Assembly (NCBI GenBank): GCA_904063045.1
Contig: CAJFCJ010000002.1
Location: 2,130,422-2,194,421, forward strand
Reading direction: 5' to 3'
DNA: 64,000 nucleotides
Origin: Dimorphilus gyrociliatus
Lineage: Eukaryota; Animalia; Annelida
In this document: in pieces, positions 11,173 to 25,127 of the stretch
Position numbering within the stretch: the first letter of the stretch is position 1
How the letters are laid out: every line of letters starts with the position of its first letter
Notes under the pieces: model-generated
Databases searched by the model: none
The model's input: only the letters and a program-made list of their open reading frames with translations
Told to the model about the DNA's origin: nothing
Made by a program: the position numbers and the translations under genes

Positions 11173-14100
11173 TTACAAAGCTTCACCGGGCTCGTAGGTA
11201 CTGGACGGAGAAAATCTTACAGTACCTCGGTGACTATTAAAGTCTTTTAAAGGTTTTCTATCTAAAGTTCCATAGGATTTTGATCTACTTGTTGGGCTAT
11301 TACTAGAGCCGCCATATTTAACGTTAGTTTGGACAATCGTTCGCTTTCCCAAATTTTCAATACTGCCAAAGCCAGCAACTGCTGAACGTCTTGGAGGAAT
11401 TGTTGGAGCAGAAGATGGTGGCGTTGGTGCTTGACCAACTGAGGCTATCGAACATGTAGAAGAGCTGGGACTGTCTAAGTCTATTTTTCGAAAGTACAGA
11501 GGTTTTGGTAAAGTAAATGATCCCGAGCTGATAGAGTTTGTTTCGGATCTTGGTGAATTGGTTTTCTCAAGAGCCAGAGTAAATTTTTCAATGATTGCTC
11601 CACTAGATATAGAACGACGAACTCCACTTTTTGAATCTCCCGATTTAACTGGCATGGAACCAGCTGATGTTGGCCTAGAAGGAGGAGCTGGTCCATATGG
11701 TAAGCAACTCAAATTAACATAATTTGATCCAGGAGACGAAGATCGAGAGTTTAATGTCGTTATCGAGCTCGCAATAGACTCTGGAGGATTTCTTGTCAAA
11801 GCTTCATTTAACCATTTTAGGAATTCCTCTTTGTTAATCCTACAGCATTAAAAAATTATCAATTGTTAGGGAAAGAAATAACTAGACACTTACGTTGCAT
11901 CAAATCTTTGGAGCAAATTGGATACAATTCTCAAACAATGGTGTTTCATTTTTCTAATGGTTGCATTTTTTATGCGAGTGGTTTCCATTCTAATACGATC
12001 CGCATTTTCTTTTGAAACTTTCTCATCATGTTGCAGGAATTCATCTAATTGGATTAACAACATTTTTATCTATAATCTTATTCATATCGCCGATGGACTG
12101 GAGATAACTTTCTCCAGAAATACAACCTTTAATTTTTTCCACTGATTTCATATACTTCATACGAATTTCTTGTACTTTATCGTAGGTTTGTTCAGCTTTT
12201 TCAGTCTGTAAGGGTTAAAACAGTATCCATATGAACAAGGGTTTGGCGTAATATGTTAATTTTCTTAAGGTTACCTGAGTGCATTTATTATCTATAGGTG
12301 GTTTTTTTCGAAGAGTATTTATAACATCTTTCAAGTCTTTTATTTGTTCTTCACTCTGAATTTGATTTTCTTTCATTTTTCGAAGAGAATTTTCAATTTC
12401 CAGCTTTTCTTGAATAATTCTGGTATTCTTTTCGATTAAGTTCTTCTTTTCACTAGTAATTTGATTTATTTCTTCTTTGAATTTGGTAATTTCAGCTTCA
12501 ACTTTACGGACTGCTTCGAACTTTGCTAATTTCATTTTTTCAATTTTATTTCTAACTTCTGTTTCAATTTCTCGATGTCTTTGATCTGAATATAAAATGA
12601 TTCATTATAAAACATAAACTCTAAAGCCCATAATATCTACCTATTTCTTGTTGAACATTACTCATTTGCTGTTCGTAAGCTTCTATTTGCATCTCGTGTT
12701 CACTTATAGTACGCTGGGCTTCTGAAAGTTTTTGATGCAATGTTCTAGTGGAAAATGAGCATCTCGAGAGCCAGTCATCCTCAACTTGCTGTAACAAAAT
12801 AATTTGAAAATGAATACCCTCTCAATATTTTAAAAACAATATTGCTACCTTAATTTTTTTGCTATGCTCGGAACTAAGAGTTTCTATGTCTTCTCTCATT
12901 TGCCTTTTTAATTCTTCCACCTCTTCAGCGTGTTCTGCGGCTATCAATCGTTTATCCGTTCCCAATTCTTCTTTAATCTCATTTCTTATCCTTTCTCTAT
13001 ACAGTTTCATTTCTTCACTCTGTCTTTCAGCTAATTGACTCTGAATAAAGATGTTAAAGATTAAAGTTTATAAATAAGGAGGAAATCCTAATCGTACCAT
13101 CTCTTTTTCAAATTGTACCCTTTGCGTTTTTAAAGCATGTGATAATGTTCCCTGATGTTCCTGTTGGGGAAAATTTGTAATTTTTCAAATTTTTCTTATT
13201 TTATTCGGTATGTTAAATCGGCAATTACATGCTTATAAATAAATTATAACGTACATCAAAGAATTTGTTGAAATCTGCCTCGCACTTCTTTTCAATTTCC
13301 TCAACGTCTCTTCTTCTTTCTTCATCTTTTAATTTAATTAATTTTCGTCTCTCCTCAGCAGAGTTTTCCTTAGCTTTCTCCAGATCTCTGATTTTATCCG
13401 CAGCATTTTCTAATTCCTTTAAATTTATTGTACAAGAAATAGTTGAAAAAAAAGTGTAAAAAGTCTATTAAACACGTACCTTTTTTAGCCTAACAACTTC
13501 GGCCGAAGAGGAAGAGTTCTCCATACCTTTGATTACTTCATCAATATCATTTTCGTGCTTCATTTTCAATTCATCCTTTATTTTCTTAACAGATGCTTTA
13601 ACCTCTTTATCTTTAGCTTGTAAATCAGACTTTAAAGATTCTATTTCTTTCATAAGACTATTTTTTTCATTTTTCAATTCTTTAATATTCTTCTCCAAAC
13701 GAGTTATATTTCCACTAAATTCTTTTCTGATTTCTTCAATTGCTTTCCTCCTTTCATCCAACATTTCTTTGATTTTCTTTTCATGGGCAGTTTTCAACAT
13801 TTCTACTTGAGCGTCATTTTTCAAATTTTCTTGTTGTTTTTCATTACGTAATTGTTGAATATTTGTATCGAATTTTTGTCTTAGGCTCTTCAATTCTACC
13901 ATGTGAACATTTCTTGAAATAGAATTTTGCTTCATCTCGCTAAGACTTAATTCAAGTTTCTGTTGGGTACTAATACTTTTATCCAGTTGAGCTTGTTTTT
14001 CTAGAAAACAGAAGGTAATAATTCAGCTGTCCGTTTTATATGAATGAAAATTGTATTAAATAAATATTCACCCTGTAATTTCTCCTCAAATTGTTTATTC

Positions 14101-17065
14101 CATTCAAGTCTTGCATCATCTAAAGCCACTTTGAATTGACCTGCTTTTAATCTTTCCCATTCAGCTTTTGTCTTCGATAACTGATAAATGATAAGCACAA
14201 GGACTTTTAAGTATTATTTAGTAATAATTATTAATTTTTGTTTACCTCATTTTGAAGTTCATTTTTCTGTCGTATAGAATTTTCTCTATTCAACTGCTCT
14301 CGTATACTTTCCGATCGCTCAGTCAGTTGCCTTTCAAATGACTCTTTGAGAGTTTTTTCCGCCTCTTCAACAGCCTTTTATAAGAAAAGAGTAGTTTCCT
14401 ATGTTAAATTGTTCGTTTATAACATTATACTTACATCTTTTATGGCCCTGTTTCGTTCATCTTCCAGTCTTAATCTCAGACTATCTTCCACAATATCTTT
14501 ACTCTCACATATTTTTACGTAATCCTCTTTAACCTCAGAAAGTTCTTTTTCGAGACTTTTTATCTGATCGCTATAAATTTAGCACTAAAAGATAATTTCA
14601 GAGAAATCTTTTTGACAAGACTTACTTCAAAGTATTGACAGTATGAGACAGTTGGTTTTCAAGTTTGTGTTTTTCTTCGTCATGTTTCATTTCCAGTTCA
14701 TTCTTTAACTTCTCTCTCGTTTCCTCTTGTAAACGTAGACACTCACTTTGAGTCCTATGTAAAATATATAATAAGTGTCATATATCTTATCGCCACGGAC
14801 TATAACTACCTCATGATAGCCTCTCTCTTATCACTATCAAACTCAGCTGCCATGGCGCTCATTTCAGAGCTCAATTGCTTGTTCAACTCATTTAAGGATT
14901 CTTCACTTTTAACAGCCTCATTTAACCTAATTTCTAGCTCAGTAAATTCTTCTTTTAATAAATCTCTTTCACCTCGTAAACGCTCTAAATCTCGTTTTAA
15001 CTTTGCTTCTAAAGGAGTGACGTCTCTGTGCGATTCTAAATCTCCATACTTATCTTGCCAAATTTCAACTTGATTTTTATAATTCTTCATCTCTTTCAGA
15101 GATTCTTCTAATTCGTTATTTTTCAACTTTGAAGCGGCCAATTGATCTTGTAATTGTAAAACTTGCTGGCGTTTGTTTCTGTAGTTGTTCAAGCAGCGCT
15201 CTAATTCTGATTTTAATCTATGTACTAGATCATCCACAGCAGTTTCTTGTCTATAATAGGAAAATAAATTTTTTAAAACTCAATTGATGACTTATTGATA
15301 GATTAACTTTTGTTTTATTCCTAGTTGAGCGTATGAATCATCAGGATTGCAATGATCAGAATTTTTGCTATTTACTTGATCCGAAAGTTGAGTGAAATTT
15401 TCTAATAAAATTAGTTGCTCTTTTACGTCATTCAATTCAGCCTGTTAGAGTTTGTTAGAAAAAAAGTAAATATAAAATATGTGTGTAACAAAAACCACTC
15501 TAATTTACTTGTAAAGCTTTGTTCATATCTTGAGCAATTGTTTTCCCAGCTAATGCTTCTTTTAGCTGAGCATTGGCCTTGCCAATTTCCTGACCTGTGC
15601 CTGTAAAGAGGAATTTAGTAAATGTTGAAATAAGTCTTTGTTATATAATCGAAAGCTTAGCAACTATTATTTTCTCATTAGTTATACATACCTGCCGCTA
15701 ATAGTTGTTCGCATTGCTCTTGACTTCTTTTCAAACTTTCGGTTAATCGATTAACAGTGTCAGCTCTCTCAATTCTTGCAGATTCGGCTTCTTTTGTAGC
15801 CTCGTTAAGTTTCTTTTTTACAGAGTTAATTTCATCCTCCTGGAGAATCATTGATTATTAAAACTTTATTATTAGTTCAAGACAAAGCTAACCAGGCATC
15901 TTCTTTGGTTTTCTGCTTCATCATATTTCTGTTCTAAATTTGCAATTTGACTGCTGTGTCGTTGTTTTAGTGAATCTACGTAGGCTTCATGGGTATATCT
16001 TGTTCGGGCAACTGCATCACTGGCTTCTAACTGGCAGACCTGGAAAGTAATTTAAAAGCAATAAAGATTTGACTTATTGACTGAAAACTGACTTGTCTTT
16101 GAAGTACGTCGACTGTTGCTTCTGAAGCCGCCAGCCGTCTTTCGGCATCTTCTTTACAATTAGTTATATTTGCCAATTGTTTATCTAGATTGGAATTTTC
16201 ACTCTCTAATTTAGCAACTTTATCTTTCTCTTCAATCAGCAATACTTGCATTTGTTCTCTACCATTCTTGCAAGATTCAGCTTGTTCTGTAGAATTTAAT
16301 ATGCTTCAATCAACTTTCATTGAAAGGTTTAACCTACCTGTCGCCATAGCAACTTCATGCTTTAATATGCGAATTTCTCTTTCTTTTTCTTCAAAGGCTG
16401 CTGAAAAATCTTCCAATTGGCGTCCTCGTGCTTCATATAAAATCTTAAGCTGAGAAAACTGCTGTTCCATTTTGTTATTAACAATAGTTTCATCATTCGT
16501 ATTAATTTCCTGAGAGTACGTTTCATTCTGAGGTCGATATTTAACAAAATAGTCCATCTTATTTGGTTGCTGTTGAGGATATGGCATTTTTTCTTCATTT
16601 AAAATAGGCTTATCAATGAGGTATTCTTGGTTTGGTGTATCTTGATTGAAACCCGAATATGTAGCAGTATTCTGATCTAATAAAAAATTGGTATTTTCTT
16701 TTTGTTTTGCATTAAACTCAATATGAGAATCGTATGGTTGCGGCGGCATGTGACAAGCATTGACATAGAGTGCTCGATGAAAAGATTGCCTAAGAAACAT
16801 ATTCCATTTACAAAAACAAAAAATAGCGATTTGAGTGAAAAGTATACTTTGAATCAACCGCTGTAGAATCGAAAGAGTCGTTGAAAAAATCATCGTCCAA
16901 CAAGTTTCCTAACTGTTCATTTATTCTCTCTTTAATCTGTTTAGGAAATAAAGCTATGCAAAAAAGAAACGAGTTTCTAACATGACTATGTACCCCCTCT
17001 TCAGCGTCTTCGCTATCACTACTGTCGGCATGATTTTGAGATACATTTACATCAAAGCTCGCCAT
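11173..17065 (-). CDS. CEP152: Centrosomal protein 152 / Asterless (multi-exon coiled coil)
   Basis: Acidic N-terminus MASFD..DSSDSED..EQLGNLLDDDF (PLK4-binding type), QLKILYEARGRQLE, long heptad coiled coils across many short introns, S/P-rich tail ending at 11173. Confidence 0.8.
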
Positions 17066-18645
17066 TCTGACATTAGCAGGTTAATCCATTTTTTTTATAA
17101 TCTGAAATTGAACACCTATTGATTTGAACATCTATAAAGCTGTCTTTCAGAGCATAAGCATGTTTTAAAAAATATCTACATTTCGTGGAAAAAAACCTAT
17201 GTTCAAACTCACTTTCTTTCATTATCAGTAATCAAAAATTACTAGCTTTAAGTAGATTAGTATTTTAATAGAAAATATCAGAACAGATTTACTCTAAAGA
17301 GTAGTAAGAATGATCTACAGGTATTCTAGAGGTATTAAATGCTTCAAAAAGCTATCAAAATGTCTAGAGGTAAAATAGACCAACCTAACGAAATATGTTC
17401 TATATTCCAGAGAGTAAATGACTGTTAATCTGAAATGCTGCCGAAGAGCGTCTTGTCTAAACTCGTTTCAAAGAACGATAATAGGGAAAATTCGATTAAA
17501 AGCTTAAATCGCCATGTATAATGGACTATTGCTACTTAAATAAATCTCTAAGAAAAAAAAATAATATTTACCTTTAGCAGTTTAACATTAAAATCAAATA
17601 TAATCCTAAAAAGAAATTAACTTTCAAATGTTATTTTCAAAATATTTGGCCATCTTCGTTTTATACGGGAGATTTTCTCGATGTAAAAAATTATTTAAAA
17701 TCAATTGTAACTCTAAATTTTATATGTACATAGGTAAAAATATTTTTTACGTAATAAATTTTAAAGTATTCAAAAAGATTTGCAAAATAAGGATCTTTAC
17801 TGAACATTCCAAAGGTATCGACTTTATCGCTCATCAAGAACTTTCGAATTAATCTTTTCCAAAGGTATTATATTGAAAGTTTATGAAACTTTAATTTATG
17901 ATTGCATCAATCAAATATTAATCGATTTCAGTTATTATTTTAGGTTAATTTATTTTCCGATAACTGAAAATTGATTATTAACTTTCAATTTAAAAGATCA
18001 GAAAAGTGAAATAGAATATTTGCTATCCATGCTACCTAAAACATTCTATTAATTTCATTTTTATTTAATAAATTCAAAATTTTATATGTAATATTACTTT
18101 GATAACTTCAGTTTTATTTTAACTTTTTATTATAATAACTCTAGTAAGTGTTATTTATGTTGTTTTATTTAGAAAAAGCGTTTTATGGGAATGTATTTCG
18201 ATATTTAAGATCTTTGAAGTCTGTGTATGGGATATTTGCTTTTTTATTAATCTTAACAATCTAAGAGTGATGGTTGATTTCCTTTTGCAATATTAAGAAA
18301 TCCTGGGTTTCTGAAAGAAACTTCTTTAAAAAGGCCAACTTTTTTCTAATTTTCTGAATTAACATAATTAAAGCTTATTTTAGAAATTTTAAGTTTCGAA
18401 AATATTCCAAAATGCAAGACAGAAAAGATTTTAAAGAAATCAACTAAATGATTAATGAAAATATTTCTAATAAATAATTATAATTTTGTTCAGTCTAACT
18501 ACGAAGCAGTATCAATTTTGACTCTTTAAAAATATTTTGAAGCGAGAATTTTTATCAAAAAGTTGAACTGGTGATTCAATTATCGCTCACATTTAGCTCG
18601 ACAATTCGTTAATTGAGTATACCCCTTTTGGGATTTCAAGGAAGC

Positions 18646-21600
18646 ATGAAGAGTGGCAAAAGAGATGGATATCCTGGGTCAGGCATTAAGCCATATAGCT
18701 TGGGTTAGAGATTTTTTTCTTTTTTTAAATATTTTGAATATTTTCGACCATTTCTTTAAATTCGTGTTCCTAACAGTTCATCAAACTCTATGCATCACGG
18801 ATATTTCCTTTGAAACTAAATGCTTAATTGTATGTACATGCATTTTAATACCTTTAGTACCTTTTTGTGTATTTAAGAGATGCTTTCTGAATAATTTAAG
18901 TGTTCTAACTTTTGTTTCCCATTTAGGGATATGTGGAAATGACAATTCAGCCTCATATACCCAATCTAAAGTCATTTAAGTTAAATTGCAAACAGTGTGT
19001 TTTATATAGTATGTTGATAAATCAAAGGTGGGATGCAACTTTTAGCTATCACGATCCAACTTTAGAAATTTGTAAGAGAGATTTTAAACAGTAAGTTTCA
19101 GGAAACACTTTTTTATATAGAATTCATTTTATCAATTCTTTTTTTATCTATTAGGCGTAATTTAGACAATTATAAAAATGCTCATGCAAATGCTTCCCAT
19201 TCGGTGGATTCTACTTTGGGTAATGGGGAAGTAACGGTTCAAATACCTTCAGATGCATATAGTGCAGGGATGATAAACGGTAAAATATTGAATAAAAAAC
19301 TTTCCAAGGTTATATTATTAAACGAATTGTAGAAATGATGCCCTTCACTGTAACTATTGAATTTTCCCTGGAAGAACCAAGAGGAGGTATGAGATTTGTT
19401 GTTTCAAATATAGATGGAACTCTTGTTGAACGAGGAGCCCATCTATATACATATGGTAGAGAAAACTCTTCAAGGTATTATTGTCTTGTAATTTAATGAA
19501 AATTTCTACAAATTTAATTTAAAGGTTGTGGTTTCCTTGTATGGATTCGTTTAGTGAACTATGTACTTGGAAATTAGAAATAACTGTTGATATGTACATG
19601 ATAGCTATTAGTAGTGGAGATCTCATTGAGACCGTTTATACAAGTGATTTACGACAAAAGACATACCACTATTACTTGAGTGTTCCAACTTCGGCTCCCA
19701 ACATTGCGTTGGCAGTTGGGTTGGTATTCAAATTATACTTAAGACTTTATAATAAGTATAGTAATTAATGTTAAAACGATTAGACCATTTGAATTTATTG
19801 TGGATGAGACCATGCCGGAAGTAACACATTTTTGTCTGCCATCCTTGAAACCTCTATTACACAATTCCACATCTAAACTAACAGAAGTATAATCCAATCT
19901 TTATATAACCTTTTTAAATAAGGCAAATAATGGAAGAACTTTTATTTCATCAGATATTTGAATGCTTTGAAGATTTTTTATCGTCTAGATATCCTTTTTC
20001 TTCTTATAAACAAGTGTTCGTAGATGAAGCCTATGATGAATTCCAAAGTTTCAGCACTATGTCCATTTTTAGGTTTGAAGAAATAAAAACAATTATAATA
20101 ATTAAACTACAAAGTATTCTTCATATTTTCTAGTCACGCTCTTTTACATCCCCCTACAATAATTGATCAAGTGCCTATTATGAGAAATGCCATGGCTAAC
20201 GCTCTAGCAAAGCAGTTTTTTGGATGTTTTATCGTTCAACAATCTTGGAATGATGCTTGGTTAACGAAGGGCATTTCTGCCTTCCTGGCTGGCTTATACT
20301 TTAGAAAGACATTTGGTAATAATGAGTATAAGCATATGGTTTTCGAGGTTTGTTACTATAGTTTTGAGTTTATTTCTTTTAACTAATTTATATTTATAGA
20401 AATTACAAGCCATTCAGAATTATGAATTCAAAGTTGGAGGGATTGTGTTGGATCCGGCTGCCGTGCTTTCCCGAAATATGGATTTGCATTTTTCAACTGC
20501 ATATGCTCAGACAACATCTGATGCCTATTTAAAAGCTTATGAAAAAAAAGCGTTTTTAGTTATGCGTTTATTAGAATCTAGATTGGGACCAGGAATATTT
20601 CTTCAGAGTTTAAATAAACTGCTATCTCTTGCAATGACAGCGTCAAATCAGAAATATCTAAATTTTGTATGGACCCCTATGTTGCTGAGTACTGATTCGG
20701 TAAACATTTATTTATAGCAGGACTAATCATTTTAATTAAGCAACTTTTATTGTAAAGTTTCTCAGAGGAATAGCAACTGTAAGTGGAAAGGATGTAAACA
20801 CGTTTTTAGATTTGTGGGTGTAAGTAGGAAAAAGAAGATTTCTTTAAAATTACATTTATTTGTACATAATACTTGTAACAGGAGACAGCCTGGATTGCCA
20901 AAGTTTCACGGAAATTTTGTTTTCAATAGAAAGAGAAATATTGTTGAATTAGAAATTCGACAAGATGTTCTAAACAAAGGAACTATGAAATATATGGTAC
21001 TCATAATTAAAATTACCAGTAGAATATGTAATTGTTTATAATCTCTCCAGGGTCCAATTACAGTCGCCATACAGGAATTAGATGGAACTTTTAGGCATAC
21101 ATTTAATATAGAGGAAAATAAACGTACTTTTGAAATAACTTGTCACTCTAAAAGTAGAAGGTTGGTTTGGTACAATATCTTGTTGTTGTCTCATTAATAA
21201 GACAATGCTCTATACAGAAACAAAAAGAAAAAAATTCCCTTGTCAACAATGGAAGAAGTTGATATGGACTTGGGAGCAATGGAGTAGCTATCATATTTTG
21301 TTTTCAGCCTAATTAATTATAATGTTTATTTTTTTTTCTTAAAAAGTGCTGATTCTCCTGTACTTTGGTTGAGAATTGATCCTGAACTTGATTTATTACG
21401 TTTTGTGGATTTGGAACAGCCAGATTACATGTGGCAGTATATGTTGCGACATGAAAGATGTATTATAGCGCAAGAATGTGTAAGTAGTCTTAAACAGCGA
21501 ACTATTAAATATATCTGTCCGCATTATCGAATACATGCACGCAATATATGGCTTAGAATTGGCATAAGCAGATGTAGTGTTTTTAAATAAAAATTTTGGG

Positions 21601-24526
21601 CGGGGTTGAATCCAACACTTTAACTATTAATTAACAAGCACAAAATTGCTATTAAAACCATTAAATTATTTATTTAAAGGAGTCAATAAAATATTATCGC
21701 CTTTAAAATTAACAGAATTAAATTCTTTAAATGGTTTTAAGCAATTTATTATCAACACAAGGTTATCATCATCTCGTAGGCTTAACTAAAAGAGTACCTT
21801 CTATGATTGTAAACAAGCTTAAAAATATATATACCTACTTATATTTCCTAATGATTTTGCAATTTTAGGCGATATCTTCCTTGGAATCATTTTCTACACC
21901 TCAGACTCGATTATGCTTGACGGATTGTGTTGAAAATGATAAAGTTTATTATAGAGTCCGTATGCAAGCAGCCTATTGTCTTGTTAGGGTAAGAATTTAT
22001 AATTTAATTTCTGCTACCTTTAATCACCAATGAAGTACTGTGAATAAAAATAAATTGAACTATTTTTCAGGTAGCTAATCAGCTAGCTGCTAGTTGGTCT
22101 GGTCCACCTGCTATGCTTGCTATTTTTCATAAACTCTTTGGTTCATATTCATCTCCGAATATAGTCAGACGGAACGATTTTAGTAATTTCCAGCAATATT
22201 TCTTACAAAAGGTGAAAATGATCTAGTTTATGACCACGCTTTTAATACGTCGTCCACCTCGTTTTAGACTATACCAGTTGCAATGGCCTCCTCAAGGACG
22301 CTAAATAATAATTGCCCTAGTGATGTTATGAAGTTTCTTCTAGATTTATTCAAGTATAATGATAATGCAAAGAACAAGGTTTGGCTAGAGGCATAAAAAT
22401 TGATTATATAAACTCGTTTGCTCGTATAAGTATTCAGATAACTATTATCGGGCTGCTCTTATTGACGCCTTAGCAGCAACAATAACCCCTGCTATTACAA
22501 CTGTGACGCTGAAGTACGTGTTTAGCTTCTATTTCTGAATAATTAATCTAAAATTGAATTCATTACTATTGCTATATTTGATATTTTCAGTGGTATGAGT
22601 GGACGACCTAGTACTGAACTAGTATCGGACGATGCTAAGAGGATATTGGAGGAAATTGTAAGATATTTAAATTTAGAGAAGCTTTTACCCTGCTACCACC
22701 GTGTAGTTACTGTTAGGTAAAAATCAATTGTTGCTATTAATATACCCATTGGAATAGCTCCAATTAAATTAATTATTCCAATACATAGTTGCTTAAGAGC
22801 GTTAAGAATTCTACAAAAATTTGGACATATACCTAGCTCAGCAAATATTTTTAAATCCTACGCGGTCAAAGGAAATTTTATCAATGTAAGATTGGCCGCG
22901 TTAGAAGCTCTAGTAGATTTTATGACTGCTGAAAGTAATGTTGAGACTTTTGAATGGCTTATTGATCTAATTGATAGGGACGATGAACCTTACATTACGT
23001 ATGTGTATTTCAGTTTTCCCTTACTTTAACTGACCCTTATTTTATTTACTATAGTCATAGATTAGCGGAAATTCTTATCGAAAAGCCACCGTTTACCAAA
23101 GATATCGAATCATGCCCGTTATCTTCCGAAGAGATAGTTGATAAACTTTGGAATATGATGAAGTACGGATGATATCTTTAATTGTGCAATAATTCTCCTA
23201 TTATAGATTTTTTAACTGATAAAACAGTTGTAAGTTTCATTACGATTCAAGACTGAGATGCGATGTCGTTGATTTATATCACAAACTGTTCGGTAGAAGG
23301 AGACCTGCTTGCCTGCCGATGTCTGATGTAAGTAGATATTATTTGTTTGGAATTTAGACTCAAGGAAGGTCGCTATACAAATTTACTTTTCAGAGTACGA
23401 TGGTAATTAATTTAAAGGAAAGCAAATTAGCAAGAACAGGCTTACCAGATACATCTCAGGTTTATATCTAAGATTATTTACATATGTGGTTTTAATTAAT
23501 TTTTAATTGCATAATAAAAATAAATAAAAAATTTGTTATAACAGGATAGGATTAGGCTTTTACAAAAAAAATCGGTAATAAAGAATTTCGATTTCCTCTT
23601 TAAAAAATAACCACAATATTATTTTTTTTAACTATAAATAGCGTAATAAAATTTTTTCGTTTAGGCTGATGATTTAGACTATCAGGACCCATTCGCTCTT
23701 GCAAGAACTCATTCCGACATCACTGCAACAAATGATAGTAATTCAAATCAAGGGTTAAAGAGAAAGTCCGACGATCTGCCCTCGTTTGATGACGATTCTA
23801 GTATGCCTAAGGTACGAATTAAGGTAATAAAACAATTATTTGTTAATTCTAGATATTATCTAATTATTTTGACAAAATAATTTTGTACAAGCAAAGAGAG
23901 AACGATAAATTATTTTTATCTACTTGATAGATAGATTTGCTATACAACTTTGATTCTTTCCTCGTATAAGTTAAATTATTTCTTGATATTTATATACTAT
24001 TAAATAATCCGTTGTTTTTTTACTTTTGTTAGCGGTTTCCCGATGATAAGTTGTCTCTAGATACATCTTTACCGATAGAAGAAACTGTTGTAACAACCGA
24101 TGCTGAACCAATTCCTCCTCCTATTGAGGGAATTTCAATTGCAGCCTTGGTCGACACAGCTTCAAGAGGTCCAAATCTTAGCGAAGATTCAAATTCCGAT
24201 GAAAGTCCCAGTATGTTTTTTCAAATCTTTTTTATGTTTTAAATAAACAAAAAAAAATTCTTTTTTTGGTTTTCGAAATTTATATATGTACATGTATATA
24301 TACATATATATTTATACTTTACATGCTTATATTTTAAACAGCCAAAGTAGACGGCCCTACTTCATTTACACCGTCCATGTTCACTCCATTAGCTGATAAT
24401 CCGTCTGCCGAAAGTTCATCTCATAAGCATCACAAAGATAAAAAGAAGAAAAAGAAGAAAAAGAATAAGCATAAACATAAACATAAACATGCTAAAGAAG
24501 AAGGAAGGAGTGATTCATTAAGTTAA
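18646..24526 (+). CDS. TAF2: TFIID subunit 2 (aminopeptidase-like fold, multi-exon)
   Basis: [19 protein letters not shown]|[79 protein letters not shown], His/Lys tail [23 protein letters not shown]; stop TAA 24524-24526. Confidence 0.95.
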
Positions 24527-25127
24527 ACTTAGATACTAAATCTCCTGATGTATTATTTTAAATATTTTCATTGTTTTTTTAATACATGGGCGTCAGAAGT
24601 ACTTTACATTTCAAATTTATTAAGGTGTAGCTATTTTCCGGTTCATGAATATTCATATATAATTATTTAAAACTGTAGAAAGTCAGCTGAGGTCATCAGT
24701 TTGGATTGTCAATTAAGAACATTTGACATCTTAAGACAAATAAAACTCAAAGTAATTTGGATATTAGGCATGAGGCCATAATTACGCGCGACATTTAGGC
24801 TAAAATATACGCTCTCGCCACAAGTTCATTACTATTCATACATATGAATATGCATACTTGTCTGCCGATGTCTTTGACCAATCACCAGGCAGCTGAATCG
24901 AACGTACAGTCTACTCATTCAAAACGTGCCGCTTTTGCAAATAGGACCTCGTATTCTTGTTTTACCTGTATATTATAACTTGTATACTATTGTTAATCAA
25001 GTAAAAGACGAAAATTAAGGAAATTTTACGTGGGAAATCCTTCTATTTATTGAAAATATTTATCGGCAAGTAGAGAGTGAGCGAAAATACGAGATTTAGG
25101 AAATAACAATATTCTCTGAATTCGACT

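Noticed and set aside
21595-21620. GGGTTGAATCC resembling a tRNA T-loop/B-box
   Set aside because: No cloverleaf or A-box at proper spacing.
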